Positions 58,301-64,000 of a stretch of 64,000 nt of DNA are shown one piece after another. The notes beneath the pieces were generated by a model. It saw nothing but the letters and a program-made list of their open reading frames with translations, did not search any database and was not told the origin of the DNA. Location: contig CM106585.1 in the NCBI GenBank assembly GCA_048013815.1, positions 14,818,001 to 14,882,000 on the forward strand, in the 5' to 3' direction. Source of the stretch: Setoptus koraiensis (taxonomy: Eukaryota > Animalia > Arthropoda). Position 1 is the stretch's first letter. Every line of letters starts with the position of its first letter. The translations under genes were made by a program, and so were the position numbers.

Positions 58301-59871
58301 CGTCTCACCTGGCACTACATCAGCCAGGATGGCGACGATCAAGAGGACAATGACGACACTAATGAGCAAACTTACTATGGCGAGGGTCTGGTCAGTATTA
58401 GATTTCGTGATAGCGACAGAATACATTTGGCCCTGTCAGGCGAAACCTGGCAAGTTGTGCGCGATCATTATCCCGAATTGTTGGACGCTGTGTGTGTCAG
58501 GGGCACAGTGTTTGCCAGGATGGCACCAGATCAAAAGCAACAATTAGTTGAACATTTACAAAAGATGCAATATTACGTAAGCATGTGCGGCGATGGCGCC
58601 AACGACTCGGGCGCGCTACGGGCCGCTCACACGGGTATTTCATTGTCGGACACAGAGGCCTCAGTTGCGGCTCCCTTCACGTCGGCTAACGCAAACATAT
58701 CTTGTGTGCCCATACTAATTAGCGAGGGTAGAGCGGCTCTGGTGACCGCATTTGGTATACTTAAGTACATGGCATTGTACAGTTTGATACAGTTTTGTTC
58801 GGTGATTATTTTGTACACGTTGTATTCAAATTTAACTGACATGGAGTTTCTCTACGAAGATTTGTTTATTATCACTTTGTTTGTTGCGCTGTTTAGTCGC
58901 ACTGAACCACACACTAGCCTAGATAAGAAGCCCCCGTCGTCGTCATTATTATCATTCACACAAATATCGTCGGTGGCCATCCAATTGGTTCTAGTTATAC
59001 TCTTTCAAATATTATCGTGTGTCTTATTGTGGCAACAGGACTGGTATCATGCTCACGACCCTGAATACGACAAGGAGCTTGTAGATCATGACAATTATGC
59101 CGTCTTTGGCGTGTCAGTTTTTCAATACATAACATTGGCCATAGTTTTCTCAAAGGGAAGACCCTACCGGAAGCCAATTTACACCAATTGTGAGTTGTCT
59201 TTTTGCTGCCACACCCCCACATTTTGCCGTACATCAAAAAATTGAGATTCAATGACTTATTATTATTCAAATATTCCTTCTACTTTCCCATCATCATCAT
59301 CACCCTCCACCTAATAGATCTTTTTATAATTGCATTAGTGCTGATGACAATTTTGACAATCATAATACTTATCATTCCCGCCGAGTGGAATGTTCCTTTC
59401 ATATCTGTAAGTACTCTTGCCTTGTCTGTTTATGTTGTCTCTCTCATATGATCGACGCAACAACAATGAGCGCTTGACAATCAATTAATCAATCTATCAC
59501 TGTATCATTTATCACGATCAACAGTTGGAAGTTACAGGTGTGCCTTTGAAATTCAGGATGCTCATAGTTGGCATCGCCTTGGTTCAATATGTTGTTTCAA
59601 TGATAGGCGAGGTTAGTACGAAGCACAACTACATCAACTAAACGACATACAATTAGTACAACTACTAACCATCTCTTTTTAACAACAAAAACCCACAATC
59701 CACTGACAATCCATTGAGCAGCGTTTCATTGTGGATCATCTAATATTCAAGAAGAGCAAGAAATTCTTCGAGGCCTTTGGATCGAAACCTAATGGAACTA
59801 TTTTCGAAATAGTAGATCGTGAGACACAATCCATGAGATGGTTATCCGGGTGTGCTAGCGAAATTTCCTGA
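55316..59871 (+). CDS. P5B-type ATPase (ATP13A2/ATP13A3-like, probable polyamine transporter); exons 55316-59189, 59318-59406, 59525-59611, 59722-59871; ~1399 aa
   Basis: EVLGPFYIFQ, NESMLTGES, the P5B signature PPALP, phosphorylation motif DKTGT (57119), KGAPEKI, VTGDN and MCGDGANDSGAL. Three phase-compatible GT-AG introns complete the C-terminal TM helices. Confidence 0.95.
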
Positions 59872-60239
59872 TATTTGCTAAAAGACCTCTCTGATGAATG
59901 TCTTACTAAAGTTCTGTGTTTAATAAAGTTCATGTCGACACCACACCGGCATATTGTAAAATCAATTCTTCTGCTGTTGTTTGTTGGCGCCGTTTATCCT
60001 CAATTAATGTGTGCCACTATCCACCTCACACGATATACGCTACGTGATGGTTGATTATCACTCATTATGTTTTTTTTTTATTATTTGTTATTAAATTATT
60101 TGCAACATCTATTGCTGGCTATTGGACTATGTGCATAACACACAAGCAAATTATTAGTTATTTGAGGCAATTAGTTGATTGGTTGGTTGAATTGTGTTGT
60201 GTGTCGCTTTGTGCAACTCAGCAACTCAGCAAACCAATC

Positions 60240-63060
60240 TCAAGAAAACGGCCGATTGGTGGATCCTAATTGATGGCGGCCACCGCTCATCTTGCTAGGT
60301 GGTGCTCTGTCTAGACTCAAGTCGCAAGCAACGGCGCTTGATATAGGCGAACAAGTTATTGTCTGTTGTTGTTGCAGTTGTAGTTGCTGTTGTTGCTGCT
60401 GCATAATGTTCATCATGGTAGCAACATGACTGTTACCACCAACTGCGAATAGTTGATTGATTGCATAATTTACGACTCCATTGTGATCTGGCGATAAGTC
60501 ATTACTATTGTCTAGGTTGATGTTGTCGCTGATGTTGTTGGCGCCAAGCAGACAATCAGAACCGTTTTGGTTAGTTGTAGCCATAGGATTGAGATAATAT
60601 TGATTCATTGCCATAGAAGTTAGTGCACCCAGCGACAGTTGCACCGCCATGGAGTGGTCAACCGATGACCATGGACGCCAGACAGGTGAGCCCATCACCT
60701 TGTCATCGACACCTGTTGTAGTTTGCTGTTGTTGTCGTTGTTGGTTCCTCGTGTCCTGCTGTTGCTGTTCAGTGGTCGGGTCATTAGTTTCATTGGGGCC
60801 CTCGCGGCGCTCTCTGGCGCATCTAGCCATGTTACAGACTACACATTGGCATGAAGGTGAGCCATATAGGCATGTAAACAATATAGGTTTGTTGTTTAGT
60901 TTTTCAGATAGACAGAAGGAAGAGAGAAAAGGAGGGAGGGAGAGAGTTCAAACAGCATGCGTTACGTAATATGTTAGAAATTTTTGTGTTTGTTTAGTGT
61001 GTTAATGTTGGCAAAGTTGGTGGTTTGGGTAAAAGAAAAATAGGCACGTTCGTGCCATTTCAATCAATCACAGATTAACCATTAGCCAACAAGGATATTC
61101 TGTTATTGTTAGCGCTGTTGCCATTACTCTTGTCGCTGCTATTACAACCATGATCATTATGGCAATTGTTGTGTGTAAATCATAATTATAATTGTATTAG
61201 AGTTATAGAGAGTTGTTAGTTGTGTGACTTGTGTGCCAGTTATTGGCCATATTGCCCAACAAACAAACTAGCCATGATTTGATTTGATTGTTCTCAGAGC
61301 CAAAGCTGTTGAGCGTTACAAGCAACAACACAAAATAGTCTCCTTGTTATATAACAACGACTCATTTAGCATTTAACAGACAAGTATAACTAATTTAAGC
61401 ATGCACTGTTTTATGCCCAATTTCTTTCTCTCTTTGCTAGATTCAACCAATAACATACAACAACAGTAAATGTCGATGCTTCAATAATGGTACTAATAAT
61501 CATAGAAACAACAACCAGCGATAACAAATTTTCTAAACAAGAAATACATTAAAAGAAAAAAGAAATATTATTATAGTTGCTCTACTGTGTTTCGGCGCTG
61601 CGTCTGATTGCTCACCGAAAAGACGGCAAAGGGTTAGCAAAAACATTGCCCAAAGAGTTTAGCTGCCATAGTAGCACCATCTTGATTCATCCTCCTTGTT
61701 CTCAAGTTAAATAAAATAAACACTTACAAGCTAACACAAACTAGCACTTATGCGATAATAAAATAAAACAAAATAAATAAGTGAATTCGCTGCTGAATGG
61801 CCTCACTAGTTTGTCTGGTATCTTTTGGCTTTTCGCATCACAAAATCAGCGGTGATTGAATCGAGTTTCGAGGATTGACTTCATTACTTCTAATAAACTC
61901 ACCTTTTTCAACCTCTTCTCTCGTGATAGCCTCTCTGGCGGTTTTGCGCTGTTCCTCATTTAGATTTCTGTCCTCCTTCATTGCTCTGCGCATTTTGATC
62001 TGAAGACGATTTACTTCATTGCGTATAAAATGTACCTCGCAATCGAAACAATTGTCGCGTTGAAAGTGGCGCTCCTGTCCGAATCCGCAACTTCTCACAT
62101 GACCTTGTCATCGTCGTTTATAGTTTATATTCATCATGGTACAGAACGTAATTGATTATTTAGATATATCCGCAATTATGATATGTACACTACCGCTGAC
62201 ACAATTTAGAGTTTGTTAGCTTGTATCTTGGCTCATTAGCTCTGAATCTGTCGCTGAAAACCTCACCTTTTCTTAATATTTTGACGCCATGATTCTGACA
62301 GTATCCACAATTGGGGTCCTTTTTGGTGCCTTTGAGTTTTGTCTCCTTACCGCTAATCACTTGCAGGATGTCGCTTGTCGATAAGAGCAAATATGTTGTT
62401 GTGGTTTTAGATTAAAATTTAGTTGGACTTGATTAGTGGATTTGTTGATTGTTGTCGGTGATTTGCGCTCAATTTATAAAAAATTACCTTCTAGCATCCA
62501 ACAGGCGACATCTTAGGCACATGCACTTTTTGAATGGGCAATCTCTGGCGTGACCTGTAAATTTTCAATATATTTACGTTGACAAACCGGTAAGGTAAAT
62601 GAATTAGGCTCTCGGTGATAGATTCTCGATCTCGCGTATCGGTTTTGAGATGCTCGAGATCGAAATAGCTTCTGAGGCTCGACAAAAAGAGGACGAAAAG
62701 CGATTCCGCTATGCCGTTGTCAAGCAAGCAAGAGCTCGATCGCACGAATTTGAACAACACACTCAAATACGTTACAGCAAGAATTATTACAAGCTTAAAG
62801 TGCTCCAATTAAGAGTGAATCAAAATTACGGTAACTACTAACAGGAAGAGGTGAGACCTAAATTTGCGGAATCTAGTTTGTTAGATCAAGAAATTCGTCA
62901 ACTTGAGGAGCACGAGCGCCACGATTGGTTGGATGTTATAGCCTATAAATAGCTTACCTTTTTTGAGCACCTCAAAGTCATGATTTTGACATTTGCCACA
63001 CTTGTTTCCATTGTCGCAATCGAATTCTCTGCTGCTACTGCTCATGTTGCTAGGCCACAT
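60240..63060 (-). CDS. DM-domain (doublesex/mab-3-related) transcription factor with two tandem DM domains; exons 63060-62958, 62554-62488, 62373-62267, 62103-61903, 60838-60240; ~358 aa
   Basis: Spliced: ...CGKCQNHDFEVLKKG|HARDCPFKKCMCLRCRLLDAR|SDIL...PNCGYCQNHGVKILRKG|HVRSCGFGQERHFQRDNCFDCEVHFIRNEVNRLQIKMRRA...EK|VCNM...Q-rich tail. All four introns are GT-AG and the phases sum to 1077 nt. The DM exons are well supported; the start codon, exon-3 acceptor and last-exon link are less certain. Confidence 0.85.
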
Positions 63061-64000
63061 GATGATCTCACTGACAAGGGATATGGATTTGATTTGTTTA
63101 AAGAGACACGTGAAGTGGTGGTTATGACTAAGATAACGACAATGCTTCAAGAGGCTATCAGATTGCCGTCGAGAGTAGCTAGCTGACTTCAATTCAATTT
63201 GATTTAATCTCAATTATTAATAGGTTATATGGAATATGTAAATGTTGTTGACATCGGTCTATATTACTCTTGTCCACCTATAAACAATAATGTTTCATTT
63301 ATTTGATACTGTGAGTGGATAAATTGGATATTAGATATAACTATTATTATTATTGATGCATTAGTATTTGGAACCATCGACTGACTTGTTGCGTTGTTTG
63401 ATACAATGGTCACAATTAATCACAACTATTCACGAAGGGTAGAATAAAGAGGTGTAAAATTGCTGTTGTTTGTTGTACTTTTTTTTTCAATATGACTGCT
63501 GCTGTTGCTCGAATGTAAATTTGACGAGAGAACTGGATGTTCGATAAACTTCCGTCGGATTGTAGTGATCATATTTGATCAAGGTGTGATTAGTTTGAGT
63601 ATTAAACAACAAAACTATCATATAATATAATTACAAGTTGTACAATTGCTTGACTTCACTTGATATGTTACTTCTTGCACAATTCTATCAATGATTAGAC
63701 GTTCACGAAATCAAATTGTTGTGTGTTGTTCGTGATGTTTGCTGCAAACCTTTGTTTCCACCAATACAATCAATTGCTTGCTAACGCAATCAACAATAAT
63801 ACTCAAATGCCCAATTTTGTTTGTATAAATTGTTTAAAAACAAACAAATATCGTTTTTTTTTCTCTCTCACACGCTCCCTCTTTCATAGCAATTCATTGT
63901 GATCAGTCTTGTTAACGTTTTGAGTACTGGTGCCATCTAACGTTGTTATGCTATTGAACTATAATTAAATGATTGTTGCATGCGCGCAAACAACTGCGCA

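Noticed and set aside
61630-61685. Possible stop-containing alternative (dsx-style sex-specific) exon in the last DM intron
   Set aside because: The acceptor context is purine-rich and weak, and I noticed no Tra/Tra2-type repeat cluster; there is no support without RNA data.

Overview
Eukaryotic (animal) genomic DNA, most likely from a compact, intron-poor arthropod genome. A mite is my inference from protein style and intron paucity, not from a database search. The window has two domains. (1) About 1-22.1 kb is a CpG-rich stretch with no recognisable protein domains. It is dense in GGGCCC palindromes, C/EBP/PAR-bZIP-type palindromes, short tandem repeats and long perfect palindromes, and it ends at a tRNA-Ala(CGC) gene. 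(2) About 22.6-63 kb is gene-dense: beta-COP, a spliced MIC13/QIL1-like gene, two near-identical tandem XPC/Rad4 copies, degenerate PERK fragments, an unusual short spectraplakin-like gene, NUDT14, RPS14, PERK, an LDAH-like lipase, a P5B ATPase (ATP13A-like) and a five-exon DM-domain (doublesex/mab-3 family) gene. Highlights: (a) the DM gene, invisible as a single ORF, reassembles into a MAB-3-like tandem double-DM protein whose second DM domain has a Cys-to-His ligand change with altered spacing, plus an internal WRPW motif; (b) one XPC copy has an in-frame 522-bp deletion that removes essentially the whole disordered transglutaminase-domain insertion, giving a Rad4-like protein; (c) the spectraplakin-like protein lacks the actin-binding, plakin and EF-hand modules and carries a recently amplified 116-aa spectrin-like repeat. 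All exon models, alignments and motif counts were done by eye and need computational and RNA confirmation.
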